Source: Limnothrix sp. BL-A-16
GTDB lineage: Bacteria > Cyanobacteriota > Cyanobacteriia > CACIAM-69d
NCBI GenBank assembly: GCA_041937175.2
Contig: CP166615.1
Span: forward strand, 2,176,001 to 2,240,000
Direction of reading: 5' to 3'
DNA: 64,000 bases
The position numbers and the translations under genes were made by a program. Within the stretch, counting starts at the first letter, position 1. Each line of letters begins with the position of its first letter. Below the pieces are notes generated by a model, which worked only from the letters and a program-made list of their open reading frames with translations, had not been told where the DNA came from and did no database searches. Below are positions 50,944-60,496 of this stretch, one piece after another.

Positions 50944-51786
50944 CTAGGGACGATAGAGCCAGAGGGGAACACCACTCGTGGCCAACTCAAAGTCCAGGGC
51001 GCTGAGGGCCCGATCGACCTGTGGCCCCGTCCAGGGGCCGATCGACCCCTGGGCCCGGCCATCGGAATTCAGCAACCGGGCTAAGGGGGGTTTTCGCTCC
51101 TCGATCGTCTGCACCACCACCTTCTCCGGATCCAGCTTGGTCAAGTCCGCCAACCAGCGGCGGGCATCCTCTTCCGTGCCCAGGCGATCGATTAAGCCCA
51201 ATTCCTTCGCCTGCTCTCCGGTAAAAATTCGCCCATCGGCAAAGCTGCGCACCGTTTCCGGCGGCAAATTTCGCGCTTGGGCCACGGTCTGCACAAACTG
51301 GTGATAGCTGCTGTCAATCAGGGATTGCAGGATTTGGCGTTCTTCGTCGCTCATGGGGCGATCGAACGCCAGGATGTCCTTATAGGGCCCGGACTTAATC
51401 ACCTTGAAGGAAACGCCCACCTTATCCAGCAAGGATTCAATGTTGTTGCCTCGGATAATTACGCCAATGCTGCCGGTGATTGTGCCGGGGTTCGCCACAA
51501 TTTGGTGCGCCCCCATGCCGATATAGACCCCACCGGATGCGGAAATATTGCCAAAACTGGCCACAATTTTGGTGGTTTCGCCCAGTTCCTTCAGGGCGCT
51601 GTAGATTTCCTGGGAATCTCCCACCGTACCGCCAGGGCTATCGATCCGCAGCAGCAAACCGGGATATTTGCGCTCTTTCACCACTTTCAGGGCTTTCAGC
51701 ACCCGTTGACGAGTGCCCCCGGCGATCGCCCCGGAGATTTCAATGCGCGCGAGTTGTTTACGAGTATTGGGCTTGAAAGGCCACAT
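50944..51786 (-). CDS. sppA: Signal peptide peptidase SppA (short S49 form)
   Basis: RIDSPGG, SASGGVY, TGSIGV, SGPYKD and DGRIFTG motifs. Confidence 0.93.
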   Translation of the reverse strand: MWPFKPNTRKQLARIEISGAIAGGTRQRVLKALKVVKERKYPGLLLRIDSPGGTVGDSQEIYSALKELGETTKIVASFGNISASGGVYIGMGAHQIVANPGTITGSIGVIIRGNNIESLLDKVGVSFKVIKSGPYKDILAFDRPMSDEERQILQSLIDSSYHQFVQTVAQARNLPPETVRSFADGRIFTGEQAKELGLIDRLGTEEDARRWLADLTKLDPEKVVVQTIEERKPPLARLLNSDGRAQGSIGPWTGPQVDRALSALDFELATSGVPLWLYRP

Positions 51787-51879
51787 GGGAATTGCCGTCT
51801 CGACACCAAAGGAGTGGATACAATTCTAGGGTTTAGTTAATATTTCTTAAAGTTATTGATCAAGTAATTGATCCCAGCC

Positions 51880-52956
51880 ATGACCGCCCAACCCGTCAAT
51901 CCCCAATCATCGCTGCAATCCTGGTGGGGGTGGCTGCTGCTGATTTCACCCTTTTTCTTTTGGGGCACAGCCATGGTGGCCATGAAAGGCACCCTTGACC
52001 ACACCACGCCCTTTTTCTTGGCGGGGTTGCGGCTGGTGCCAGCGGGGCTGTTGATTTTGGGGGTGGCGGCCCTGACCGATCGCCTCAAACCCATCAGTGG
52101 GGTCGGGTGGGTCTGGGTGGCGGCCTTTGCCCTGGTGGATGGGGCCCTGTTCCAAGGCTTTTTGGCCCAGGGCTTGGCCCGCACGGGAGCCGGACTAGGA
52201 TCGGTGACCATTGACTCACAGCCCTTGGCGGTGGCCCTGATGGCCCGCTGGCTCTATCGGGAGCAGATCGGGCCCCTCGGTTGGTTGGGGCTGTTGCTGG
52301 GGGTGGTGGGCATTGCCAGTGTGGGGCTGCCCGATGAATGGATTTTGCAGTTGTTGAACGGCGCGACCTGGCAAGCGCTCTGGCAAAACGGGGCGATCGA
52401 CTGGGATCCCGAGGCGATCGGGCAGGGGCTAGCGGCCTTGCTGAATAACCTCTGGGGCAGTGGCTTTTGGTGGATGCTGTTGGCGGCCCTGTCCATGGCG
52501 ATCGGGACGGTGATGGTGCGGCGAGTGAGCCAGTATGTGGATCCGGTGGTGGCCACGGGTTGGCATATGGTCTTTGGCGGAATGCCCCTGTTTGGGCTGT
52601 CGGCGGCCTTTGAGGTGAACCAATGGCAAGGTTTGACCCTGGCCGATTGGGGATCGATCGGTTATTCCACCCTCTTTGGCAGCGCGGTGTCCTATGGAGT
52701 CTTTTTCTTTTTCGCCTCCAAGGGCAATCTCACCAGCCTCAGCGCCTTGACCTTTCTCACGCCGGTGTTTGCCCTGCTGTTTGGCAATTGGTTTTTGGGG
52801 GAAGTGCTCAGCACGGTACAAACGGCGGGCGTATTGCTGACCTTGGTTAGCATCTACCTGGTGAATCAGCGGGCGGTGATTGCCCAGAAGTTGCGATCGA
52901 TCCATTCCAAGTTGGCTCCCATCCCGATCGAGGTGTCGTCCAAGGAATCGCCTTGA
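51880..52956 (+). CDS. DMT/EamA family transporter
   Basis: Duplicated EamA halves; FFWGTAMV, DSQPL and FLTPVFA motifs. Confidence 0.9.
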   Translation: MTAQPVNPQSSLQSWWGWLLLISPFFFWGTAMVAMKGTLDHTTPFFLAGLRLVPAGLLILGVAALTDRLKPISGVGWVWVAAFALVDGALFQGFLAQGLARTGAGLGSVTIDSQPLAVALMARWLYREQIGPLGWLGLLLGVVGIASVGLPDEWILQLLNGATWQALWQNGAIDWDPEAIGQGLAALLNNLWGSGFWWMLLAALSMAIGTVMVRRVSQYVDPVVATGWHMVFGGMPLFGLSAAFEVNQWQGLTLADWGSIGYSTLFGSAVSYGVFFFFASKGNLTSLSALTFLTPVFALLFGNWFLGEVLSTVQTAGVLLTLVSIYLVNQRAVIAQKLRSIHSKLAPIPIEVSSKESP

Positions 52957-53223
52957 TCGGCTCGATCGTCTTCAATAGGTCGCTAAGGGATCGATCGGCA
53001 ACCGGAATAGACAACCGAAATAGACAACCGGAATAGACACAGGACTCAACGAGAATCAACGCCACGAATGGGCGAGGAATAGCGAGCCACCGGAACCACC
53101 GATCGCTCCTTCAAGTCGGTTGCTATGGTGGAAACGGGTTGCAGGGTCGCGCCTATCCCCACCGTTGAGACCGAAATCTCACACCAAAACTGCAAATCAA
53201 AATTTCGCACCAGGAAAAACATC

Positions 53224-54198
53224 ATGGCTCGATCGCGCTGGCAAGGACGTGCGCTGGGATTGTTGATGGCGATCGCGCCGATCACCGCTCCCGCCGCCTG
53301 GGCAAACACCCCCGCCGCCCCGAACAGCACCGGCTCCGCTCGCTCGGAAATGACGCTGCAAACACAAATTGCCCCACCGCAAATCACCCTCCTAGAAACG
53401 GGCCAGGGCGATCGGCAGTCCTTGCGATTGCGCCTTCAGCAGGGCGATCAGCAGCGATCGTTATTGGTGATGAAAAGCCAAATGCAACTCACCCTGGCGG
53501 GCCAACAACCCATGGCCATGCCCGTGCCGGAAATGCGGCTGCTGACGGAAATTACGATCAATCAGGTGGCCGCCGATGGCCAGGTGAGCTACACCCTGCG
53601 CTATCCCAAGATCGAAATGATTGCGCCGCCGGAAATGTCCTTCGTGCAAGCGGCCATGGACAGCACCGCTCGGGAACTGGAACGAATTCAGATTCAGGTG
53701 GAGGGGGACGATCGGGGAAAACTCTCGAAGGTGAATGTGCTGGCGGACGGCGAGCTTTCGGCCCCTTTGCAGGCCAGCCTCGGCCAAATGACCGAATCGA
53801 TTCGCAACAGCAACATCGAATTTCCCGCCGAGCCGATCGGGGTTGGAGGGCGCTGGCAAAGTGTCACGGAAATTGAATCCGGGGGGCTGCGAATTCAGCA
53901 GCGGGCGGTTTATCAGGTGGTGGAAATCACGCCCGATCGGGTGGTCTTGAACGTGACCGCAGAACAGACGGCCCCGCCCCAAAAACTCACCATTCCCGGC
54001 CTGGCCCCGGAGCAAGCCCCTTCTCTGCGGTCTTATCAGGCCAATGGTTCGGGTCAAATTCAGATGAACTTCAACCGCGTGGTTCCCACCCAATCGAATC
54101 TGTCCCTGAAGGTGCGATCGGAAATGGAAGGGTTACCCGGCGTGGGCACGGCCCTGATGACCGGTGATTTAGAAATGACCCTGGAGCCGCAACCCTAG
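53224..54198 (+). CDS. Exported beta-rich hypothetical protein (DUF6263-like)
   Basis: Signal peptide AxA; FPAEPIGVGGRW motif. Confidence 0.7.
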   Translation: MARSRWQGRALGLLMAIAPITAPAAWANTPAAPNSTGSARSEMTLQTQIAPPQITLLETGQGDRQSLRLRLQQGDQQRSLLVMKSQMQLTLAGQQPMAMPVPEMRLLTEITINQVAADGQVSYTLRYPKIEMIAPPEMSFVQAAMDSTARELERIQIQVEGDDRGKLSKVNVLADGELSAPLQASLGQMTESIRNSNIEFPAEPIGVGGRWQSVTEIESGGLRIQQRAVYQVVEITPDRVVLNVTAEQTAPPQKLTIPGLAPEQAPSLRSYQANGSGQIQMNFNRVVPTQSNLSLKVRSEMEGLPGVGTALMTGDLEMTLEPQP

Positions 54199-54253
54199 CG
54201 CACTTGCCTATAATTGGGGGCCCTCTCTGGTCGCGATCGGGCGATGTGCGGTA

Positions 54254-55015
54254 ATGGAGTTGAAAGTTGCCCTGTCGGCGCGGCGGGTGCTGGGTTGGTT
54301 GCTGTTCACGGTGGCGCTGCTGACCCTGGCGGGAACGGCGGTGCAGGTGGCGAAATATGCCTTTGGCTATCGCGAAGGCTGGACAAGGCTGTTTAACCTC
54401 GATCGGGAATATAACCTGCCCTCCCTGTTTTCCACGGGTTTGTTAGGGGGCTGTGCCCTGTTGCTCCGGGCCATCGGTCAGCGAGCGGCCGCCTTGGGCG
54501 ATCGCTGGGCCCCCTCCTGGCGGCTGTTGGGTGGCATTTTCACCTTTTTGGCCCTGGATGAGTGGTTCAGCATCCATGAAATTTTGATCTTGCCCGATTT
54601 GGCGAAATGGGCAGGGTTGCCGGGCTTTTTAAAGCAAATTTGGGTGATTCCGGCGGCGATCGCCGTGGGCTGGGGCGCTTGGCGATTTTGGCCCTTTTGG
54701 CGACAGCTCCCCCCCAAGTTACGCGGTCGATCGCTGCTGGCGGGCTGTTTGTATGTTTCTGGGGCGTTGCTGATGGAGATGGTGGGCGGGGCCTATTCCG
54801 CCGATCAGGGGCAACAAAACCTGACCTATGCCCTGCTGACGGTGGTGGAAGAGGTGGCGGAAATGCTGGGAACCACCCTGTTTTTGTGGGCGTTGTTGGT
54901 GCATTTGGGATCCTGGTCGGGGAAATTTTCCTTGGTGCTTAATTTGGGCGATCGAACTTTGGGCGATCAGAATTTAGGCGATCGACCAGATCCCAAGGAT
55001 TCCCAGCGGCCATGA
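54254..55015 (+). CDS. Hypothetical polytopic membrane protein
   Basis: FNLDREYNLPS, LDE...IHE and EEVAEMLG motifs; about 6 TM helices; ATGA overlap with the next gene. Confidence 0.75.
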   Translation: MELKVALSARRVLGWLLFTVALLTLAGTAVQVAKYAFGYREGWTRLFNLDREYNLPSLFSTGLLGGCALLLRAIGQRAAALGDRWAPSWRLLGGIFTFLALDEWFSIHEILILPDLAKWAGLPGFLKQIWVIPAAIAVGWGAWRFWPFWRQLPPKLRGRSLLAGCLYVSGALLMEMVGGAYSADQGQQNLTYALLTVVEEVAEMLGTTLFLWALLVHLGSWSGKFSLVLNLGDRTLGDQNLGDRPDPKDSQRP

Positions 55016-56859
55016 TTGAAAAATTGCTTGGCCCACAAGGCTCCTCAGCGGAGCCAGGGGCGATCGGACAGGTTGCTTTTTGGCGATCGGGCTGGGCCGT
55101 CCTGGGGTGGACATTGCTGGGGGCCCTGGTGCGGTTTTGGAATTTGGGGGGCAAACCGCCATCCAGCATTGAAGTGGCCTCGATCGGTTTTGGACTGGGC
55201 AACGGGTTTGATCATTTGCCGCTCGATCGGCTAGTCCGCTTGGCAGAACTCTTGGAACCCTTGCGGGTGCAACCCACCGTGGGGCTGGATGAAACGATCG
55301 CCCGTTTAGCAGCCCAAAGCACCCATCCGCCCCTCTTTTTTGGGTTAATGCATGGCTGGCTGAGGGCGCTCACCCCGGCAGGTGGGTTAGTGGATTTGGC
55401 CACGGCGCGATCGCTCAGTGCCCTGCTGGGTTGTTTGGCAATTCCCGCCGGATTCTGGCTTGCCCAATGGCTGGCGGGTCACCTGGTTCCACTCCGAGAC
55501 GGTGCAGCGGCTCCGCAGCCCACCGATCGCCCTGTGGCGGCCCTTTGGATGGCCCACGGGGTGGCAGCCCTGTTGGCCCTGTCGCCCTATGGGGTGGCCA
55601 TGGCCCAGGAGGCCCGGCACTACACCCTAGCGATTTTGTGGGCGATCGGCACTTGGGCCGCCACCTTGGGAGCCGTTCACCGCTTGGATCAGGGACGATC
55701 GCCCGGTTGGGGCTTGGGAATTGCTTGGGTGCTGGGGAATGGCCTTAGCTTGGCCACCCACTATTTTTGTCTGTTGGGGATTGCGGCCCAGGGGCTGGCG
55801 ATCGGCTGGTTAGCTTGGAACCAAGGGCGATCGCAGGGGTGGTCAATCCTTCGGGGGCGGCCCTGGCGCGTGATGGGGGTGATTGCCCTGGCCCAAATTG
55901 CCACGGCGGCCGCTTGGTTGCCGGCCATGGCGGGAGCATCCGAAAGTGAACTCACCGCTTGGATTCGGGAGGATCTGAGTCCGGCGGAATGGCTCTTGCC
56001 GCCCCTGCGGTTGCTGGCTTGGTTGGCCACCATGGTGGTGTTGCTGCCGGTGGAACAGCAGCCCCTACCGGTGATTCTGGGCAGCGCGATCGCCCTGTTG
56101 GCCATTCTGGGATTACTGCTGCGGATGATTGGGCCCCTTTGGCGATCGGGTTTGGCCCGTCCTGCGCCGCTGTGGTGGGCGCTCAGCATTGGGATTTTGG
56201 GGCCGTTGGTGCTAATGCTGCTGTCGATTTACACCGATCGAGGTGACCTCAGCGTCGCTCCCCGATACCAGTTTGTGCATTTCCCGCTGGTGGTTTTGGG
56301 GGTGGGGTTGGCCCTGGGTCAGCGGGCGGCCGATCGCGCTCCCCTTTCGATCGGTCGGTGGCAGGGGTCGGGGCGATCGGTCATGGTCGCGATCCTGATT
56401 GTCAGTCTGTTGGGGAGCTGGGCGGTGGCCAACAATTGGGGCTTTTTAAAATCGCGACAAATCGATCGCCTGTGGGAGCAAATCGAAGGGCGATCGACCC
56501 ATGCCCCGCTGCTCGTCAGTCACATTGAAACCTATGCCGAAATTCGCGGCACCGTGGCGATCGCCTACGAATGGCAACGACGACAAGCGGCACAAACCCA
56601 GCAGCGCCCAGCCCAGCCCCCGAATTCACCCCAACTTGCACCCCAATTTTTGATGCTGCAAGAGGCGAGCGATCGGGCCGATGCCCAGGCCCCCTTAGCC
56701 CAGGTGATTCAGCAGCAGGCTCGGCCCTTTGACCTGTGGACAGTTGACCTGTCACCCGCCTTGGACTTGGAAGCCTATGGGTGCAAGCGAGCGAAGGAAC
56801 GCCGCCGACCCACGGGCTATCGTTTGCGCCACTACCAATGCACCGAAGCGGCTTCTTGA
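55012..56859 (+). CDS. GT-C-type (PMT/ArnT-like, GT39/83) membrane glycosyltransferase
   Basis: LVRFWNLGGK...IE, HPPLFF, AQEARHY, THYF and PRY motifs; many TM helices. Confidence 0.8.
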   Translation: MIEKLLGPQGSSAEPGAIGQVAFWRSGWAVLGWTLLGALVRFWNLGGKPPSSIEVASIGFGLGNGFDHLPLDRLVRLAELLEPLRVQPTVGLDETIARLAAQSTHPPLFFGLMHGWLRALTPAGGLVDLATARSLSALLGCLAIPAGFWLAQWLAGHLVPLRDGAAAPQPTDRPVAALWMAHGVAALLALSPYGVAMAQEARHYTLAILWAIGTWAATLGAVHRLDQGRSPGWGLGIAWVLGNGLSLATHYFCLLGIAAQGLAIGWLAWNQGRSQGWSILRGRPWRVMGVIALAQIATAAAWLPAMAGASESELTAWIREDLSPAEWLLPPLRLLAWLATMVVLLPVEQQPLPVILGSAIALLAILGLLLRMIGPLWRSGLARPAPLWWALSIGILGPLVLMLLSIYTDRGDLSVAPRYQFVHFPLVVLGVGLALGQRAADRAPLSIGRWQGSGRSVMVAILIVSLLGSWAVANNWGFLKSRQIDRLWEQIEGRSTHAPLLVSHIETYAEIRGTVAIAYEWQRRQAAQTQQRPAQPPNSPQLAPQFLMLQEASDRADAQAPLAQVIQQQARPFDLWTVDLSPALDLEAYGCKRAKERRRPTGYRLRHYQCTEAAS

Positions 56860-56958
56860 CCTTACCCGTTCGCCCCAATCATGCCGAGCGGGTGAACGGG
56901 GCGATCGACCCGGCCAGCAGTTGGTCATTAGGCTGGATGGGATTTTTCAGGCGGCAAC

Positions 56959-58137
56959 CTAGGCGCGATCGGGCTTGGCAAAGGCACGGAAATAGAGCGA
57001 TTTTGAGAACTCTTTGATCGGAAAGAGTAGATAGGTCAGGGGATTGATTGTCACGATGATGTTGCGCACATCCCGTTCCGCCAAGGCCACGATCGCCCGA
57101 GCAACCCACCCCGCCGACATAATCCCGATCGGGTTGAGATCGCTCTTGAACGGGCCAAGAATCAGCTTCCGCACCACACAGGGCGCATCCAGTCGCCGCA
57201 GGGTGATCAAATCCCCGATCGCCCGTTTCGATAGCTCATAGAGGGGGCTAAACGCCGGGTTCACTTCCGCTTCGGAGGTGTTGACCCAAACTTCCTTCAG
57301 GGCCCGGTGTTCCGATTTGGTGACCGTTTCAAAAAATAGCTCCATCAACCGCCAAGCCGACAGGGTGTTCACCTCCAACGCTTGGGCCACGGCCGCCGCC
57401 GAGCGATCGCCCTGATTCACCCCATGGTTAATGATCAAAATATCCACATTGGCCAGGGTTTCGCGCAGGGCCGCCTCTTCGCCCGATCGCCAAGTGACCA
57501 CCCGCACATTGCCCTCAAAGGTGGTTCCTTCGCGCGTTGTCAGGGCAATCAGCCTCGCTCCTCGACTTTGCAACACGGCAATCAGGGCCCGGCCCATGCT
57601 GCCCGACGCGCCGGTAATCGCGATTGTTTTGCCCTTCAAGGACAGGGCTGTGCCCAGCAGCTTATCCACCAACGTCAAAGACCCACAGTAATAGGCATTG
57701 CCCGAATCAAAATGGTGTCGCCAATGGTAGGTGCGATTCACCGTCCAGACGGAGGGGTTACTATCCAGATCACCCGCCTTATGGGTTAGGTCGGTTTCCA
57801 TCAGGTAGCCGCGCGATCGGGCGATCGCCGTGGCCAAAAAGCCCAGGGAGTAGAGGCAACCGAGCCACATTCCCCACTGACCCGACAAGGCCGCCGTCAG
57901 CCCCACCACCGAAGCCATGGTGGCCGCTTCGGGCGCATCGTTGGCCAATTGTGCTTTGTAATAGGCATCAAGGCTGCTGATGGTTAGGTCACGGCGATAG
58001 ACCTTGTGGTGCATGTTGTGGGCCCGTTGTAGCGGTTCCCAATAGTGGCCGGCCACATGATAAAAATCGCGCACGATTTCGGCCAGGACGATCGAGCCGA
58101 TCGCCCAACTCAGTTGTACGAATCCCTCTGCGTTCAT
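56959..58137 (-). CDS. mgdE: Hydroxylase-like/SDR bifunctional protein, probable MGlcDG epimerase
   Basis: His boxes (YHVAGH, HNMHH, YHWRHH) then Rossmann TGASGSMG, INHG and YELSK; MgdE/Sll1376 architecture. Confidence 0.8.
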   Translation of the reverse strand: MNAEGFVQLSWAIGSIVLAEIVRDFYHVAGHYWEPLQRAHNMHHKVYRRDLTISSLDAYYKAQLANDAPEAATMASVVGLTAALSGQWGMWLGCLYSLGFLATAIARSRGYLMETDLTHKAGDLDSNPSVWTVNRTYHWRHHFDSGNAYYCGSLTLVDKLLGTALSLKGKTIAITGASGSMGRALIAVLQSRGARLIALTTREGTTFEGNVRVVTWRSGEEAALRETLANVDILIINHGVNQGDRSAAAVAQALEVNTLSAWRLMELFFETVTKSEHRALKEVWVNTSEAEVNPAFSPLYELSKRAIGDLITLRRLDAPCVVRKLILGPFKSDLNPIGIMSAGWVARAIVALAERDVRNIIVTINPLTYLLFPIKEFSKSLYFRAFAKPDRA

Positions 58138-58359
58138 GATTTGGTTCTACTTAGCCCAGCTACGGATGCTCAAAACGGTTCAACGTTGAATTGCCATGGG
58201 ATCAGGTTCAACCGGGCGATCGATTACCCAGAATTGAGAAAGACCCGATCGCCCAGTTCGCGGGGCTAGGATGCAGTTTGTTGAATTGAGCTGAATTGAA
58301 TGGAACTGAATTGCACTGATCGTCAATCAGCCCAAGCATCAATCAGCAAAAGACAATGG

Positions 58360-59037
58360 CTATAGAATAGCGACTTCCCGGAGCGGCTGATGCAGCAAGC
58401 AACGGAGATGACATTCAAACAGGTCGGGCGTTTGAACTCCGACGCTGGCGATCGCGGGGGCCGCCGGGAAAGGCAACAGCCGATCAAAATAGACGGGATT
58501 TGGATCTTTGTCTGGGCGATCGAACCCAAATTGCATCAAATACAAACCAGGCGGAAGCCGGAGCCAATTCATTAGCTCAAAACCCAACCGATAGGCCGCC
58601 TGTCGATCGCGATCGGACAGGTGATGGGGCTGAAGGAACTGACCCGTTGAGCCAGGTTCCGCACCGAGGGCGATCGCTTCACCATACAGAGGCCCCTTGG
58701 CGGTAACGATCAGGGGTAGCCACAACTGGCCCTCGCCGTTGGGCCAATCTAATTCCGCCGTCACCCGCGATCGCAAGCTTTCGGCCGCCGCGCAGGTCAC
58801 CCAGGTGGGACGGTGAACCCAGTCTGCCGGAAAGCGATCGTCCTCCAAGATCCGTAAGGTTAGGGGACAGTCGATCGCCCCTGGGCCGCCGGGCAAAGGA
58901 GTTTCATCACCCACCACCACGATCTGCAGATCAAGCCGGTCAACTGCCACGGACTTCAATCGATCGAGCGCCACCGACAACCAATCCCCAGCGGCTAGCG
59001 AATCCGCCCGATCGATCCAAACTCTTAAACAGGTCAT
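58360..59037 (-). CDS. Conserved cyanobacterial hypothetical protein
   Basis: WLPLIVTAKGPLYGEAI and FDRLLPFPAAPAIAS...PDLF motifs; overlaps the upstream gene by 4 nt. Confidence 0.75.
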   Translation of the reverse strand: MTCLRVWIDRADSLAAGDWLSVALDRLKSVAVDRLDLQIVVVGDETPLPGGPGAIDCPLTLRILEDDRFPADWVHRPTWVTCAAAESLRSRVTAELDWPNGEGQLWLPLIVTAKGPLYGEAIALGAEPGSTGQFLQPHHLSDRDRQAAYRLGFELMNWLRLPPGLYLMQFGFDRPDKDPNPVYFDRLLPFPAAPAIASVGVQTPDLFECHLRCLLHQPLREVAIL

Positions 59038-59552
59038 GGAGTTTCGCCAGCAAATTCGGGGAGGTCAAGACTTCCGGGGCGACGACTGCTGACCGCCAGC
59101 CGATAGCTAACGCTTTGTAATTCCGCCTGTAGGTTGCGATTTTCCTGTTGCAGTTGGCTCACGCGCTCTTTGATGGCGCTCAGGCGGTCTTCAAACTTAG
59201 AGCGATAGACGTTGGGCAATTCCTGAATCGTTTGCTCCAGCATCCGGCTGCGATCGCCCAATTCTTGCACTGACTGGCGTAATTGATAGATTTCCGCGTC
59301 CCGATCGGCCAATTGATCTTGATAAAAACCCACCTGTTCTTCCACTTCCCGCACCCGATCGCGCAGGGCTTGCAATTCCGCTTGATGGCGCTCTGGCTGG
59401 TCGGAGGTGGGCACCAGGCCCGCATTGCCCTTCACCAAGCGGAACAGTTCCTGCGAAAGCTGCTGTACCAAGCGATCGCGCATTTGCAGCTCATCACGCA
59501 AGCGGGCAATTTCCGCTGGGGCTGCTTGACCGTTCAATCCGTCGGCTTGCAT
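59034..59552 (-). CDS. Coiled-coil protein (Npun_F5560-like)
   Basis: RDRLVQQLSQELFRLVKGN...ENRNLQAELQSVSYRLA; family name from memory. Confidence 0.75.
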   Translation of the reverse strand: MQADGLNGQAAPAEIARLRDELQMRDRLVQQLSQELFRLVKGNAGLVPTSDQPERHQAELQALRDRVREVEEQVGFYQDQLADRDAEIYQLRQSVQELGDRSRMLEQTIQELPNVYRSKFEDRLSAIKERVSQLQQENRNLQAELQSVSYRLAVSSRRPGSLDLPEFAGETP

Positions 59553-59708
59553 CACGGCAATGGGATGGGGTTAATAATCGTATGAACAACGCTACCGTAT
59601 TTTTTAACCCAAGATTGGCTTGAACAGCTAGGGCTAGGCCAGAAGCTGTTTTTGATTCATCGTTTTCGATTCGCTGTTTTTAATTCAATCGCTGATTTCA
59701 AGAAGACT

Positions 59709-60488
59709 GTGCTACCTCGCGAAACCCTGCTGAAGCGTGCAACCCACCGAGACACGATCGCCCGGGCGATCGACCTGGCAGACCAGAGCCTAAAAACCTG
59801 GGAACCGGCCGTGAGCGATTTTTTGTCACCGCCGGAAATTGCCGACATCCAAACCGTCTTCAGTGGCTTGGCGGAAGTGGTGTTCATGCCTTGGGGGGGC
59901 TATCCCCAAGCGGAACGGCAGCGGGTGGCCTTTGCCCGATCGGAACTGCCGTTGGTGACGGACGCGATCGAGGTGGCAGCCTTGGAAATTGCCGGGAATT
60001 TTTTGTTTGACCCGGCCACCCATCGGGACTTTTTGGGGGCCCTGTTGGGGACGGGGTTGGTGCGCGACAAGGTGGGCGATTTGTTGGTGCAGGGGGAACG
60101 CGGGGCCCAAGCTCTGGTTGCGCCGGAGGTGGTGGAATTTTTGGAGCTGAGCTTAACCCAGGTGCGATCGGTGCCGGTGAAAACCCGCGCCATTCCCCTC
60201 AGTGAACTGAAGGTTCGCGAACCCAAGAAAAAGGAAATGACCACGGTGGAGGCTTCCTTGCGCCTAGACGCGATCGCCTCCGCCGGGTTTGGCCTCTCCC
60301 GCAGCAAAATGGCGGAGGCCATTTCCGGGGGCGATGTGCGGGTGAACTGGAAAGATATCACCAGCCCCAGCCATTTGCTGAAATCGGGGGATCTGGTGGT
60401 GTTGGCGGGCAAAGGTCGCCTCTCGATCGGGGAGATTGCCACCACCAAGAAGGATCGCTATCGGGTACAACTCACGCGATTTGTTTAG
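59709..60488 (+). CDS. Photosystem II S4-domain protein (YlmH/Sll1252 family)
   Basis: SDFLSPP, GGYPQAERQR, HRDFLGA, ASLRLDA and GKGR motifs; GTG start. Confidence 0.9.
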   Translation: MLPRETLLKRATHRDTIARAIDLADQSLKTWEPAVSDFLSPPEIADIQTVFSGLAEVVFMPWGGYPQAERQRVAFARSELPLVTDAIEVAALEIAGNFLFDPATHRDFLGALLGTGLVRDKVGDLLVQGERGAQALVAPEVVEFLELSLTQVRSVPVKTRAIPLSELKVREPKKKEMTTVEASLRLDAIASAGFGLSRSKMAEAISGGDVRVNWKDITSPSHLLKSGDLVVLAGKGRLSIGEIATTKKDRYRVQLTRFV

Positions 60489-60496
60489 GACACCCG

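Noticed and set aside
38820..58137. dgdA and mgdE as a galactolipid gene cluster
   Set aside because: 17 kb apart with many unrelated genes between; co-location is likely incidental
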